Assembly: GCA_053919585.1 (NCBI GenBank)
Contig: CM132786.1
Source of the DNA: Euprymna scolopes
Lineage: Eukaryota
DNA: 64,000 nucleotides
Strand: one strand, 5' to 3'
A program made the translations under genes and the position numbers. Every line of letters starts with the position of its first letter. Position 1 is the stretch's first letter. The notes under the pieces were generated by a model. The model was given only the letters and a program-made list of their open reading frames with translations, was not told the origin of the DNA and did not search any database. Shown one piece after another: positions 13,677 to 26,221 of this stretch.

Positions 13677-14122
13677 AGAGCGAAGTATCCCCATGCCAGG
13701 ATAGCGTGACAAAGCTTTATACAGAGAAAGCGAAGACACTTGAGGATAGTGTCTAGCTGGGATTCAAACTCTCTTTATTTGAATGCATAACAATCTGTCC
13801 TACTCGAAACTGTCATAGAAAGAATTGAATAAAGATTCTTATAGTTATATCATTATGTTATCTCCATCCGTAATCACCAAAACGTGATTGTTAATCCTGC
13901 CGTTTGTCACACGTACAATATTGATTTGAGGAGGAGAGAATCCAAGATGGCGTGCGATGTGACTTAATATTTATGAAACGTTCCACCGATGGGCTGCTAG
14001 TAAGCAATGGTCTCTAAAAGTTGTCGAAAGTGAATTATTATAGTATCAACATGAACGATTTCGCTGCCACGATTTTTAAATACTATCCTAAAATGCAGGT
14101 ACTCGTAAAATTAACAACAATG

Positions 14123-14539
14123 TATATATATATAAAGTAGTAGTGTTCGTGGACAACTCCCCATGGTCAAAGAAATTTTCAACTTTTCAAGCTATGATCT
14201 GTTTTCAATTAAGTTTTAAGTATTGAACGTGTTAGATACAATTTAAGCAGTGAGTTCAAATGTATTTCCATGAAAAAATTACTATGTGATATCATAAATT
14301 AACTTTCATCTTTGGTAAAAAATGTGATATTAAACAAATTTTAACCATTGAGTTTCTTTGTAATTGTTTCGATATTTATATGTAACAATATCAGTGGCAA
14401 CTTCGATATAACCTATTTGCTTTAAAGTTCATGGTTGAATTTCAGTCACTTCAAGAGCAGTTAAAATTTTTTAAATATCTTACGCAATAGTTGCTCTTAA
14501 AACATCAACTTACTTACAGAGTGCGGGTATGTTTGCTAG
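14123..14539 (+). mobile_element. Non-autonomous Helitron (degenerate)
   Basis: TATA-rich head; ends GTGCGGGTATGTTTGCTAG|T; start approximate. Confidence 0.4.
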
Positions 14540-14964
14540 TTACAAATAAAACAGTAGCTGTATGTGTGTGAAAATATTTAACCGATCATCTCTGAAACTA
14601 CTTGTCACATAACACCAGAATTAACAGAAAATAGTAATCATACACCAAGAATGGTTTATAACGAGTAAAATCTTTGCTTGGATGGATGAAAATATGTGTA
14701 CAGAAAAATGTGTACAGAAAAATGTGTACAGAAAAATGTGTATTGAAAAATGTGGGCAATTTGAAATGCAAAATGTTTATTTCAGTTTGTCGACATATTT
14801 GTATTAGTTTTGCACATGTGCAAATTCATTCATAGCTTGTAGTGCTTTAATTTTAAATCTTTTTCAATCTATTTGTCGATAGCTCAAACGGTAGGGAACG
14901 CGGATGGGGCACCAAATGTGTTGGTTTCAAGTCTAGCTGATAATACTCGTCATTTTTTTTTTAT
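14540..14964 (+). mobile_element. Helitron 5' region with tRNA-like core, cut by gap
   Basis: Matches reverse complement of 37290-37667; contains 14-bp TGTGTACAGAAAAA tandem and a tRNA-like stretch at ~14874-14948. Confidence 0.5.
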
Positions 14965-15111
14965 NNNNNNNNNNNNNNNNNNNNNNNNNNNNNNNNNNNN
15001 NNNNNNNNNNNNNNNNNNNNNNNNNNNNNNNNNNNNNNNNNNNNNNNNNNNNNNNNNNNNNNNNNNNNNNNNNNNNNNNNNNNNNNNNNNNNNNNNNNNN
15101 NNNNNNNNACA

Positions 15112-15416
15112 CTATATATACATATTTCAAAGGCGTACCATTGGTTTCATTACGTTGAATCAACCATAAGAGGTCGGAAGGAGTTAGCGCAAATCCAACA
15201 GCGACTGTGAAAAAGTGAAAGTGTCGGTTACTAAGTTCTGTTTTAAAATTTGAAACTGAGTTAAAACGCTCGTTTTAACGTTTTTTTTTCTCTGTTTACT
15301 TTGCATTATTTCACTTTTTCAAAGTCGCTGATGAATTTGCGCTGACTCCATCGAACCTCTTATGGTGGATTCAAGGCAATGAAACCACTGGTACGCCTTT
15401 AAATATGGATATATAA
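15112..15416. mobile_element. MITE / foldback element with ~110-bp inverted arms
   Basis: 15112-15220 is the diverged reverse complement of 15309-15416. Confidence 0.6.
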
Positions 15417-15497
15417 TATTGAAATAAATATTGTATCTTCATCTCTCACATCCACGATCGATCACTTTATTAGATTTTTTCATCGCCTCCTGACACG

Positions 15498-15554
<57 letters not shown>

Positions 15555-16364
15555 AGAGAAGAATTGGCTCCGTAATAATAAATAGCTAATTTGCATGAAT
15601 TAAAATATATTTAAGATTATTTTACGACCGGACAACACCGAACGCTCCTCGTTAGTTCATAAATATACATTTTATTGTTTTACGTTATTTTCAATATAAA
15701 CTTCTGGGGATTTTAATGAATGAATGGTTTGTATTTATATAAGTAAAATTAGCAGAATTTCCGTTGAAATACAATAAAAATGAATTCCTCTTTGTGAGCT
15801 GTTTTGTAATTATTTTATACTACATTTCCAAGTCTAAAATGAACATAAAATGCAGCTGAACTTTATGTCTAGAACCCTTATTCCAATATCGATAAAAATC
15901 GACTACATATGTTTTATCCTAGAAAATGTTTGAAATTTAATGCAAACGCTTAATGGATTTTAACAAAAAAACTAAAATTCTGAGGATATTGCTGAACTAG
16001 GAGTGAGAAATATATTTAAACAACAAAAATGTTTTGATAAAGGTGATATTTTTGGGATACCACAAACATTAGTCCTTAGCAGGCCAAAAAATAATGACAT
16101 GTGGCAAATATGAGTTTATTTACATTTCTATGAAAATATTATCCACTGCATTTTAAATATAGAACAGATCCAAATGAGATAAATAAGTTCTAATAAATAC
16201 TCAGTAAGTAATATTGTACTACATAGTCCAATACAAATATAAAATAAAATCATATTGGAAAAGATATTCTTACTTTTCTCTTTCAGCCCAGCACCTCTAA
16301 GCAGACAATGCTCTCCTTTTCCGCCCTGTTTCTTTCGAATGTTCCCCTTTTTACGTAACGTTTC

Positions 16365-16633
16365 CAAGGAACCTATATCTAAAATTTCAAGTGTTTAGAC
16401 CTAAAATTGTCGGAGGAGTTTAGTAGAGTTCTCAAAAGTCAAATCGTTGAACTTTGATCCCTTAACAGCCGAATTTCTGGCCGAAAATCGATTTCCCCAA
16501 ATCTCAGTACCCTGTATATCAAACTTCGAGTCTGTAGACTAAAAATTCTCAGAGTTATTGCGTAAGGAATGTACACAGACACATTCACACACATACACAC
16601 ACATACACACTTTCACTTTTATAGATATATAGA
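16365..16633 (-). mobile_element. Helitron family C, 5' part
   Basis: Minus-strand start TCTATATATCTATAAAAGTGAAA plus (TG)n; matches 17300-17560, 60720-61140 and 63611-64000. Confidence 0.65.
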
Positions 16634-17553
16634 CTAGCAGTTTGCTTTGCTCGGGTTCTATGTACTGTTCATAGCTGCATGTGTATATGTATATATTAAA
16701 AAGTGTGAATATGTATGGTAATGTCTTTCTATATAATAGGCTTCCTTAACTACCATAGAAAAAAGATGGTAGAGACCGCTTTGATCCCAATTTTGACTTC
16801 TTAACATTTATTATTTGGGGCTCGAATCAAATTAAAATATTTGACCCATGTCCAAGTAACGTACATCTAAAATTTCAAGTGTTTAGACGCAAAATTGGCG
16901 GAGGAGTTTGGTAGAGTGTGTAAATGTCAACTCTGTAAACTTTGACCTCTTGCCAGCCAAAGTTTTGCCAAAAAAACTGATTTAAAAGCTTGCTGGATGC
17001 TTGAATACGCTTTATGTAAAATTTCAAATGGTTAGACCCAAAATTGGAGTAATAGTTTGCTAGAGACCGCAAAGGTAAAATCTTTTGAACTTTGACCCGT
17101 TGGAAGCAAATTTTTTAGCAAAACAAACGATTAAAAAGCTTGCCTTATGTCTGAATAGACGTAATGTAAAATTTCAAAGAGACCAAAAATTGGCTGAATT
17201 ATTTGTTAGAGAACGCAGAGATCGATTTTTTTTTTAATTTTGACCACTTAACATTTACTGTTTTGAGCTCAAATAAAATTATAAAGTTAGATCCATGAAT
17301 CCATGTAACCTATATCTAAAATTTCAAGCGTTTAGTCTAAAATTGGCGGAGTAGTTTGGTAGTGTCCTCAAAAGTCAAATCGTTGAACTTTGACTCCTTA
17401 ACCGCAAAATTTCCTGCCGAAAAGCGATTAAAAAGATTTTCCCAAATCTCAATACACCGTATGTCAAATATCGAGTCTGTAGACCGAAAGTTGACAGAGT
17501 TATTTGGTAGGGAAATGTACACAGACCGACAGACAGACAGATATACATTTTCA

Positions 17554-17560
<7 letters not shown>
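16634..17560 (-). mobile_element. Helitron family C with internal subrepeats
   Basis: CTAG at 16634-16637 abuts the TC of the neighbour; repeated AAAATTTCAA(G/A)TGTTTAGAC modules; (CAGA)n near the 5' end. Confidence 0.65.
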
Positions 17561-17603
<43 letters not shown>

Positions 17604-17942
17604 AAGTCTGTTGACCGTCTGGGCAATCTTGCTTGCTTGCTTGAATCCTATGATAAGTATTAGGTTGATGCAAAAATAATGATTTTATATACATAGTTGA
17701 ACGTCGAAAATGACACTTTTTTGCACTAACCTAATAATTTTACCAAGAATCTTTCATAAATTTTGGTTTCGGTTTCGATTCGAATTGATGGCATTCAAAT
17801 CATTTTTCTTTTTTTCACTTTTGAAATCACTACTATATATTGGGTACAATATAATGCATAATAATCGATAGAGAATTAAGTCTATAATAAAATATATGAA
17901 ATCTACTTAAATTAAAATATTTCTTGTGTGTTTTTATCTGAA

Positions 17943-17990
<48 letters not shown>

Positions 17991-18853
17991 TTCAGATAAA
18001 ATTATTCCCCTTTATTTTATTTTAGTTTGTTTTATTTTAGCTTATCTTCTCTTATACGCGCTATTTTATTACGCGTAAGCGATTTCTTTTCTTTTCTTTC
18101 TTTTACTTTATTTTATTATTTTATTTTATTATTTATTTTTATCAATTTTTATCCTTTTCATTTTTNNNNNNNNNNNNNNNNNNNNNNNNNNNNNNNNNNN
18201 NNNNNNNNNNNNNNNNNNNNNNNNNNNNNNNNNNNNNNNNNNNNNNNNNNNNNNNNNNNNNNNNNNNNNNNNNNNNNNNNNNNNNNNNNNNNNNNNNNNN
18301 NNNNNNNNNNNNNNNNNNNNNNNNNNNNNNNNNNNNNNNCATTTGCATTTTTCTTATCAGTTCAGTTTCTCTTAATTTGCGTGGCCTGTCTACTTAAATC
18401 GGTTTTATTTATATAATTTTATTTTATTAACAATTTGAAGTTATTTTGGAGTGGAATTTGAAGCTCATGTTCTATAATTATAAAACAAAATATTAAATAT
18501 GTTAAATTATATGTTTATTAATAAACAGATCTACTGGACCTATATAAAAAAAAAAAATTACCGGACGCATTATATAGACAAAGAAAATTGTTCCAGGAAA
18601 ATGCCTACTTGGGCCATTACCTTGTGATGTGAATTACTCACAATACAGTTTGGATCATTTTACCACACTGCTATGCAAGACATTCTCTTCGGAATTTACC
18701 ATGCAATTTGGATATAAATTTTTATAACATTTTCATTAACTTCCCTTACTCTATGACATTTAAATACTTAAACAACTTTTAATTGTGATGTTCCATGTCT
18801 CGCTGACTTTAGCAAATAAGGTGTAAACCATTATAACTATTTGCTAATATTAT

Positions 18854-18897
18854 CTCCTGAAGAGATGGAAGACATCGAAATCCTATAGAATAAGGAG
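18854..18897 (+). ncRNA. Hammerhead-like motif
   Basis: CTGAAGA-GATG(GAAGA)CATC-GAAA-TCCTATAGAA-TA; near-palindromic stem III; stem I register imperfect. Confidence 0.5.
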
Positions 18898-19006
18898 TTA
18901 GAATATTTCAAATGTATTCTTTGATCTTACATAGAATTATAAAAATCTTTTGTTTTGAAATTTAACCATTTCACGTCATAAATTTTTAAATTTATTGAAT
19001 TACTAA

Positions 19007-19069
<63 letters not shown>

Positions 19070-19345
19070 TCACTTTGTGTAGGTTCCGAAACGGCTGAGC
19101 CTATCCTTGCATATTTTACACAAAGGTAATTTATATGCCCAGCAGGGTTCTTAGATATGTTTCGTACAGAAATTCATCCGAAAAGTATCGAAAATCGAAA
19201 ACAATCCAATCCTAAAAGTAGTCTTTCTTTCTTACAGATGGAAAAAAAATTATAGAAGAATATTTTAGGATGGAACAGCAAGAGAGGGAATAAAATCTCA
19301 ACAAATAATTATATCTTATGAAAAAGACTTGTTTGTTGACATTTT

Positions 19346-19417
19346 GAAATATAGCTCAATGGTAGAGCATTCGGCTATAAATCGAATGATCCCGTGTTCA
19401 AATCTGGATTTACTTCA
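19346..19417 (+). pseudogene. tRNA-like sequence inside a probable Helitron (~19066-19540)
   Basis: D arm GCTC(AATGGTA)GAGC, anticodon arm TTCGG(CTATAAA)TCGAA, GTTCAAATC B-box; T and acceptor stems broken. Confidence 0.55.
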
Positions 19418-19739
19418 TATTATATTCTAATTTTTCTCATTAATGAGTTCAATTTATGATTAATGAAGAGGTGCCATTTAAAATCGTCGGAAATCATTCA
19501 TTTGATAGCATATTTAAAAGTAAACATTACCCAGGGCATTCATCGTCAAGTCCAAATATCAGCTGACGTGATATTGTAAACAAACATAGAGGAATTTGAT
19601 GAACAACATTATCATTATTATTTATTATTTTTTATTTTGTTTTGCGCAATTAGTCCACCGGGTATTTTTTTTTTTTTTTTTACTGCAAACAGATCCAAAA
19701 TATGAAAGACCATACTGTATACATTCTAAGAACTTTTGT

Positions 19740-20110
19740 GACTCCTAGCTACTATAGAAGATGTTCCTTTTCCTCTTTCCGTATAAATGACCTTCTATCA
19801 ACAAAAGGGTATTTCTTAATTTATGTTGTTTGTGGATCAAAATACTACGAAGCTGTTTCTCATAGGACTACAACATGGTTGATTTAAGTCTAATGTAAAT
19901 AAAGAAATACTTGCTGATTCTTCCTCTTGGATTCGTCTTAAGAAATCTTCTGCCGATTCCACGATTATTTCTGACCCTTTCGTTATGGCACTCAACCCTT
20001 ATTATTGAGCGTGTTGCGGATGTTGATACTTGGTGATCCATTACTAAAAGAAATTTGCTTGTTTGTATTTTGACGTAGCCAATATGTGGAGTACGTTTGG
20101 TCTTTTTTTT
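19740..20110 (-). pseudogene. Possible Penelope-like RT remnant
   Basis: Manual translation GSPSINIRNTL...SEIIVESAEDFLRRIQ...LFTLDL and NTLLLIEGHLY resembles PLE RT; heavily decayed. Confidence 0.35.
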
Positions 20111-20721
20111 TCCTTTTTATTTTTGTATTATTTTCTTCCCAATAAGATAATCTGTGTATTCGCTTTCATAAACATCGCTATTTAATGTTTCAGCGTGGGA
20201 TTGTCGACTTGCTGATTCGTACGATTATGGACATCCATACAAATTTAGTCAAGCAAGATAAATGAATAAAAAGGGGAAACTATGTGTTTTTTGTTTGTTT
20301 TGTTTTGTTTTCCTTTGTTTGTTATTTTTATGGGTAGGGAGATTGTTAGTTATTCCGGTTTGTTGTTATTATAGTTCTGTTTATTGGAGTTGAAATAGAA
20401 ACATATTTTTTAAAAACGATCATAACAATTCGAATAACAAAATGGAGAATGCACTTTCTTAGGCTGCCATCAATGAGTATATNNNNNNNNNNNNNNNNNN
20501 NNNNNNNNNNNNNNNNNNNNNNNNNNNNNNNNNNNNNNNNNNNNNNNNNNNNNNNNNNNNNNNNNNNNNNNNNNNNNNNNNNNNNNNNNNNNNNNNNNNN
20601 NNNNNNNNNNNNNNNNNNNNNAAAGTATGACCTATTTGATTGAACGAGGTTGTTTGATAGTGCTCAATAACAAGAGCAAAATATTTTTTGATATTTATTC
20701 GAAACTAAACAGTTACATTTT

Positions 20722-20771
20722 GTTGCTACAAACAGCTATCTGTTTCAGTCAATGAGACTTCGTCAGGCAAC
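20722..20771 (-). ncRNA. Type-I hammerhead ribozyme
   Basis: GTTGC-CTGACGA-AGTC(TCATT)GACT-GAAA-CAGATAGCTGTTTG-TA-GCAAC: all three stems pair, GUA triplet. Confidence 0.85.
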
Positions 20772-21026
20772 CCTGAACAATTCGACGCTATAGAAAAAAA
20801 AGAAAAAGTGAGCTCTTCAAAAAAGACTATGAAAGTTGCGAGCTCTCTAAAAAAGAAGGATAAAAATAAAGATGCTGTATTTCAACCTTTTTGAAAAATT
20901 GTCCGAATATTACCGTAACTCACATAACATCGATATATCGACAATATAAGTTTGAAATTATTAAAGTTAGGCGTATTTTACCCGAAGAGTAGGTTGTGTT
21001 AGTGGGTGAAGGTGATTTAAACTGAA

Positions 21027-21092
<66 letters not shown>

Positions 21093-21097
<5 letters not shown>

Positions 21098-21363
21098 CGA
21101 TTGCATTTATAATATTGTTGATCAAGCTTTGAAGCTGGATATTAATACAGAATATTTTATGTGCATTTTAGGTGAGGAAGCTGATATATTCAAACTGCTT
21201 GAGATAGTAGCAGCTTTCAAACTAGTATATATATATGTATATATATATATATACTAGTTTGCTAGCTGCTATCAGCTTCCTCACCTAAAATGCACATAAA
21301 ATATTGTGTATTAATATCCAGCTTCAAAGCTTGATCAACCATATTATAAATGCAATCGTATTA
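21093..21363. repeat. Near-perfect inverted duplication centred on a (TA)n tract
   Basis: 21093-21186 vs 21270-21363 (94 bp, 2 mismatches) plus inner arms CAAACTAGTATATA/TATATACTAGTTTG. Confidence 0.85.
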
Positions 21364-22130
21364 ATACTACTGCATTCTTCGTAAAATTTGTATAGAAAAG
21401 TTGTGTTTGATCTTGATATAAGTCTTTGTTTTTAATTGCATACCTGTTTAGCGATGAAAAGAAATCGATAAGCATGTCATAAGATTTATTGCAAATATTA
21501 CTCATTAAACTCTTTTGAACTTTCTGTCTGTAACATATCAGTTTCTATTAAAACCAAATACATTTTCTGCTTTTTACGATATACTTTCGGCTTGTTTTAT
21601 TTTTAAAAAATAGAGGTCTACTCTCGAAATTATCAAATACGTTATACCATTATACCGGCCCGGTTATATTAAATGGTAAATTCATATTTACTGAGTTATA
21701 TGTGGCAGATCTTTTGAAAAATGAATAAACGTACGAAGATTTGTAATTTAATTGCTGCCTTCGAGTATCTGTTTTTGTTCATACGTCAGGCCAAATCACT
21801 ATCCCGGCATTCTATATTGCTATCAGCCTTATTAAACACTCACATTTCAGTTTTATATATAACCGAGACGATCTATTGATCTCAATCTCTGAAAGTAATG
21901 TTTTATTTTTGTATTTTTAGCCATTTATTTATTGCATACTTTCTCATATATATTCATACATATATACCAGGATATTTTAAGAGGCGGCAAAATTAAATTT
22001 TTAGAAAAATCGTAAAACAGATTGCTATTAGACAAATATGGACTTCATATTATTTGATTAATTGGAATTTTTATTGACATCAGTAATTTGTAATATTCAT
22101 CCATTTATTTGTTGCGGACTATTATCCTTC

Positions 22131-22400
22131 GGGGCCCGTGGCGCAGTGGATAGAGACGTTGAATCTCTGCGGTTCCAAGTAAGTATTGTCTGAAGATAGC
22201 CGTTTCAATCCTACCCAAAGCCGGTCAGAGGCTTAGTTGGGCAAAACGTAGTGAAACAGCAACAACAACTATGAAAGCAGTAATTGCCGAGGATGCAATT
22301 AGGAGATTCGAAGTTCCTATTCTGTCGTGGTCAACCACATGACGACGGCCAGGGGAATAGTTAGCCGAAACATCGTGAAACAATAACTAATAATCAGGAT
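22131..22400 (+). mobile_element. tRNA-headed, hammerhead-tailed SINE-like element
   Basis: Starts GGGGCCCGTGGCGCAGTGG (A box); B-box-like GTTTCAATCC; decayed HHR at 22336-22377; inverted copy of the family tail at ~22025-22130; homologues at 48720-49330. Confidence 0.6.
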
Positions 22401-22459
22401 AATACTCCTGAAATGAATAAGAAAATATCTACTTCATTCCAAGATTAAGTTTTGGCATA

Positions 22460-22790
22460 CATAATTTAAATACAATTTAGAGCATATGGCACCGCGGTTA
22501 GCGCGTATATAGCCTGGTGTAGCGGTCGAATTTTCACAAACTTTACGCACTAAATCAGGTTGTATTTTGGCAATAACGTGTGTAACGTTGTCTTACAAGT
22601 TATCTATTGTATCTGGTATATCAGCGTAGACATGGGACTTTACATATCCTTAAAGAAAATTATCTAATGGGTTTAAATCGTATGAACGGGACCAGTAGTT
22701 GAGAGATCTATTTTGTAAAATTTTTCGTTCCTCAAATATGTCTCTCGGTAAATTGATCGTATCATTTTCAATCATTTGACGATGAATTGC
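22460..22790 (-). pseudogene. DD41D (rosa-like) transposase C-terminal remnant
   Basis: Manual translation RSYDLNPLDNFL*GYVKSHVYADIPDTIDNL*DNVTHVIAKIQPDLVRKVCEN; bounds approximate. Confidence 0.65.
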
Positions 22791-22902
22791 CAAACTAATA
22801 TATACACATATTAAATAAAAAGTAAGAAGTACACGTCACATAGAACTTTATTATATCATCAGATCAATAAGAAAAGAAGGGGATAGAAGAAAGAAAAACA
22901 GC

Positions 22903-22948
22903 TCTTTATACTATACTATTTCGAGGCTAAATGATTCTCATCAGAAAG
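22903..22948 (-). ncRNA. Degenerate hammerhead-like motif
   Basis: TTT-CTGATGA-GA...TC-GAAA-TAGTATAGTA-TA-AAG; weak stem II. Confidence 0.35.
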
Positions 22949-22954
22949 GGAGAA

Positions 22955-23663
22955 TCTCTAATTTATATAAATGCAACTTTGTCTCAGTATGTGTGAGTTC
23001 GTTCCTTATAGACTCCGAAACAGCTGAACAGATTTTCTTTAAAATTTACAGAACTTTAGTGCATGAGTCTGAGAGTGATCTAAGTTAAGTTTCATCTCAA
23101 AATATTCCCGATAATTACCGATAATCGATAATCGAAACCGTTATTTTCATTTATCTATCATCGGTAAAGCCATTTTTCTATGTCGTCGCTTAGCAAAAAT
23201 GATAGAAGAACGAGCCCAAAAAAATCTACCGTGAGTAAGTTGATAGCGTGTTTTTAGGGGGAGGGGCGTGACGTGGTCTGTAGGTGCAAAGAATTTTATA
23301 AGACTTGAAAATTTACGTGTTTTTTTTGTTTTTTGTTTTTTGTTTTTTTGCATGACGTGGTCTGTAGGTTCAAACCCCGCACGTAAATTTCTTAATGCTT
23401 TTTTTTTTCGTTAACTGGAAAGAAGTTTATATAAAATAATTGTACTGGAAAGAAGTTTATATGAAAATAATTTCATAAAAGAAACAGTAGGTTATCTAGA
23501 GTGCAATGTAGAATAACATATATTTTGGACTAAGTTACTGCGTGGAGGCATATGAAATTTCCTCCTATGCAATTTCACAGATTTCGATGACAATAAAAAT
23601 ATAGGAGTGTGAAATATTCGTTGGTCATCATTCAATCCCGGGCAATGTCGGGCTTCTTGCTAG
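22955..23663 (+). mobile_element. Non-autonomous Helitron, family D
   Basis: A|TC start; CCCGGGCAATGTCGGG hairpin and CTAG|T end; inverted copy at 31739-32328. Confidence 0.75.
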
Positions 23664-25320
23664 TTTAATATACACGTCATTCTTACAATTTATTGTGAAT
23701 TTGGATAGAATTCGGAACAATCCGGGTTTTATTTATTTATTTATTTATTTTATCTAATTTATGAAAAAAAAGTTGTTGTTTTTTGGGGTTTTTTTGCTGC
23801 ATCTGATTTTTTCAGTTTTTTTTACTGTGTGTATTTTGTTAATCACTGCATTTTCTTTTGCATGCTAATCATCTGGACATGCATATGTGTCCTGTCACAA
23901 TGGGATATCATCAACACGTGGAATTTTGTTGGGGACTTTTCTACTTAGGAACATCGCATTGGATTCTGCTTGTTCCTTATTTAGTTTGTCCGTGCGTTAC
24001 ACTTTGATATGACCAAATATTATTTTTGAACCCCAAACTGCGTCAACATGGTTCAAATTCGCGAAATCTGGTTTTAAAAGAGCCAATCTGGTAACCCTGG
24101 ATAAGAATATGAGAGTATGTTCCCTTTGATGTTGCCTCGTTCTTTAGTCTTATTATATAATATATGATCATTTTTTTCTAATGGCAAGGGAATGGAACTC
24201 GTAACAATTTCGACGTGCAATGGTTCGCCACTGAAGAAGTGTAAAAAAGAGAACATTCGAAAGAAACAGGGGGGGGGAAATAAGGACATTACCTGCTAAA
24301 AGGTGTTGGACTGAAGGAGTAAATTTGATATGTGATTTTATTTTTTGTATGTAGTACAGTATTACTTTCTGAGTATTTATTAGTACTTATTAATTTTACA
24401 GTACCTCTGCCGGTTGCTCCCAGATTAGACACACAAATCTCCCCGATTTGTGCACAAAAGTCTCATTGATCATATCCATTAAGACTGATAAAATGCAACG
24501 TCGGATTTCTTGTCGTTCGTTGCAAGCACTTGTAGGCATCCGCTTTGTACCCGACTTAAGTGGGCCGTCCTGTAAATGTTGTTACTTGGCGTCGGTATTG
24601 AAATGAAGCCATTTTTTCTCCTCATCGATTTCAAATAGACCTATTCCTTTTATGTCTACAGTCTTTCATACAGATATATATATACACATATATACACATA
24701 TATGTACACACATAGATACATATATATATATATACATAGAGAGAAAGAAGAATAAGTATATATATATATCAATATATATATATATATAAAATATATACAT
24801 ATAAATATATATATATACGGTTGTTCTGTTTTATCAGTAAACTGAGCTTTTCCCCTCTCGTTTTCAAGGAGTTTTACTAATGTTGCTTTTAGCTCTTTTA
24901 TATTGTGTTTCTTTTTATCGTGTTTTTTCCTCGTTCCTTCAAGTTTGTCTCTTCAGGTCGTATTTAAATGTGAAATTCTATTCCTGTTTTCTTTCCTTTT
25001 CAGTTTTAGATATACACTCACATATCTTTTAGTGGTTTCGTCGGTCGGTCCGTCATGCTAAAATGGAAGACTTCTTTATATTCTTTAAAATATTAACTGA
25101 ACTCAAGAAATTATACGGGCATTGTGTTTTAGTCGGTTTGTCACACTTGGAGTAGCATTGGGAATAAATTTCAATGTGAAAACATACGAAGCGGTGATTC
25201 AGCAGGAAAATTATTGCAAAGTTAGCGAATGCTTTGTTTGCATAATAATGCATTCTCGAAGCATTCAGTTTATTATTTAAATATTCTGTAACAACGAATA
25301 CAAATATAGACTTACATGTA

Positions 25321-25590
25321 TACTGGAGAGAACTGGAATGCCTATTAGTGAGAACTTGAGTGCCTACAAGAGAAAGCATGAATGCCTACTCGGGAGAACT
25401 AAAGTGCGTACAAGAGAGAACTTGTAAAAAATACTGGAGAGAACTTGAATGCCTACTGGAGAGAATTTAAGTCCTACTGAAAAGAATAAGAATACCAAAA
25501 TGGAGAGAACTTGAATGCCTACGGGAGAGAACTTAGATGCTTTCTGGCGAAAACTGGAATGCCTAATAACGAGAACTTAAATTCCGAATG
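25321..25590. repeat. Degenerate 22-bp minisatellite
   Basis: Consensus near GAGAGAACTTGAATGCCTACTG, about 12 units. Confidence 0.75.
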
Positions 25591-25926
25591 GAGCAATCTT
25601 TAACGATTACTGCTTGAATGCTTGTTGGGGTTTTCCGAAATACGAAATACGTCTATATTTTGGGCCATCTTCGAATTACGCGATTCCGTTGGATTTTGCT
25701 TGTGCGAATGGAAATTTAACTAACTTTCTTGGATTTGCATTTTTGAATTTTACCGTCATTGGATACTTTACCTTTCACCAGACTATCCATTCATGTGAAA
25801 TCACTTTTTCTTCACCACATTCCCTCTACTTCACTTTTTGTTATCAAGTAAGATCTTTGACTTACTTGCAGTTTCATCAAATACTTTTGCAAACAAAATC
25901 CGATCCCTCATTTTGCTAATTCCTAC

Positions 25927-25973
25927 CCTCTGATGAGAAGGAAAGTATTTCTTCGAAACTCCGTGGATTAAGG
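25927..25973 (+). ncRNA. Type-I hammerhead-like motif (second copy of 1803-1849)
   Basis: CCT-CTGATGA-GAAGGAA(AGTA)TTTCTTC-GAAA-CTCCGTGGAT-TA-AGG within repeat ~25730-26049. Confidence 0.5.
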
Positions 25974-26221
25974 ACTATCCACTTATTTAGTGTTCCCTTT
26001 TCAAATTAAATAGGTTTTAACTCTTTTTGAAAGTGTTTTTAATATGTTTNNNNNNNNNNNNNNNNNNNNNNNNNNNNNNNNNNNNNNNNNNNNNNNNNNN
26101 NNNNNNNNNNNNNNNNNNNNNNNNNNNNNNNNNNNNNNNNNNNNNNNNNNNNNNNNNNNNNNNNNNNNNNNNNNNNNNNNNNNNNNNNNNNNNNNNNNNN
26201 NNNNNNNNNNNNNNNNNNNNN

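Noticed and set aside
24221-24275. CTGAAGA...ACATTCGAAA in a repeat shared with ~16190-16355
   Set aside because: No stem III or cleavage triplet
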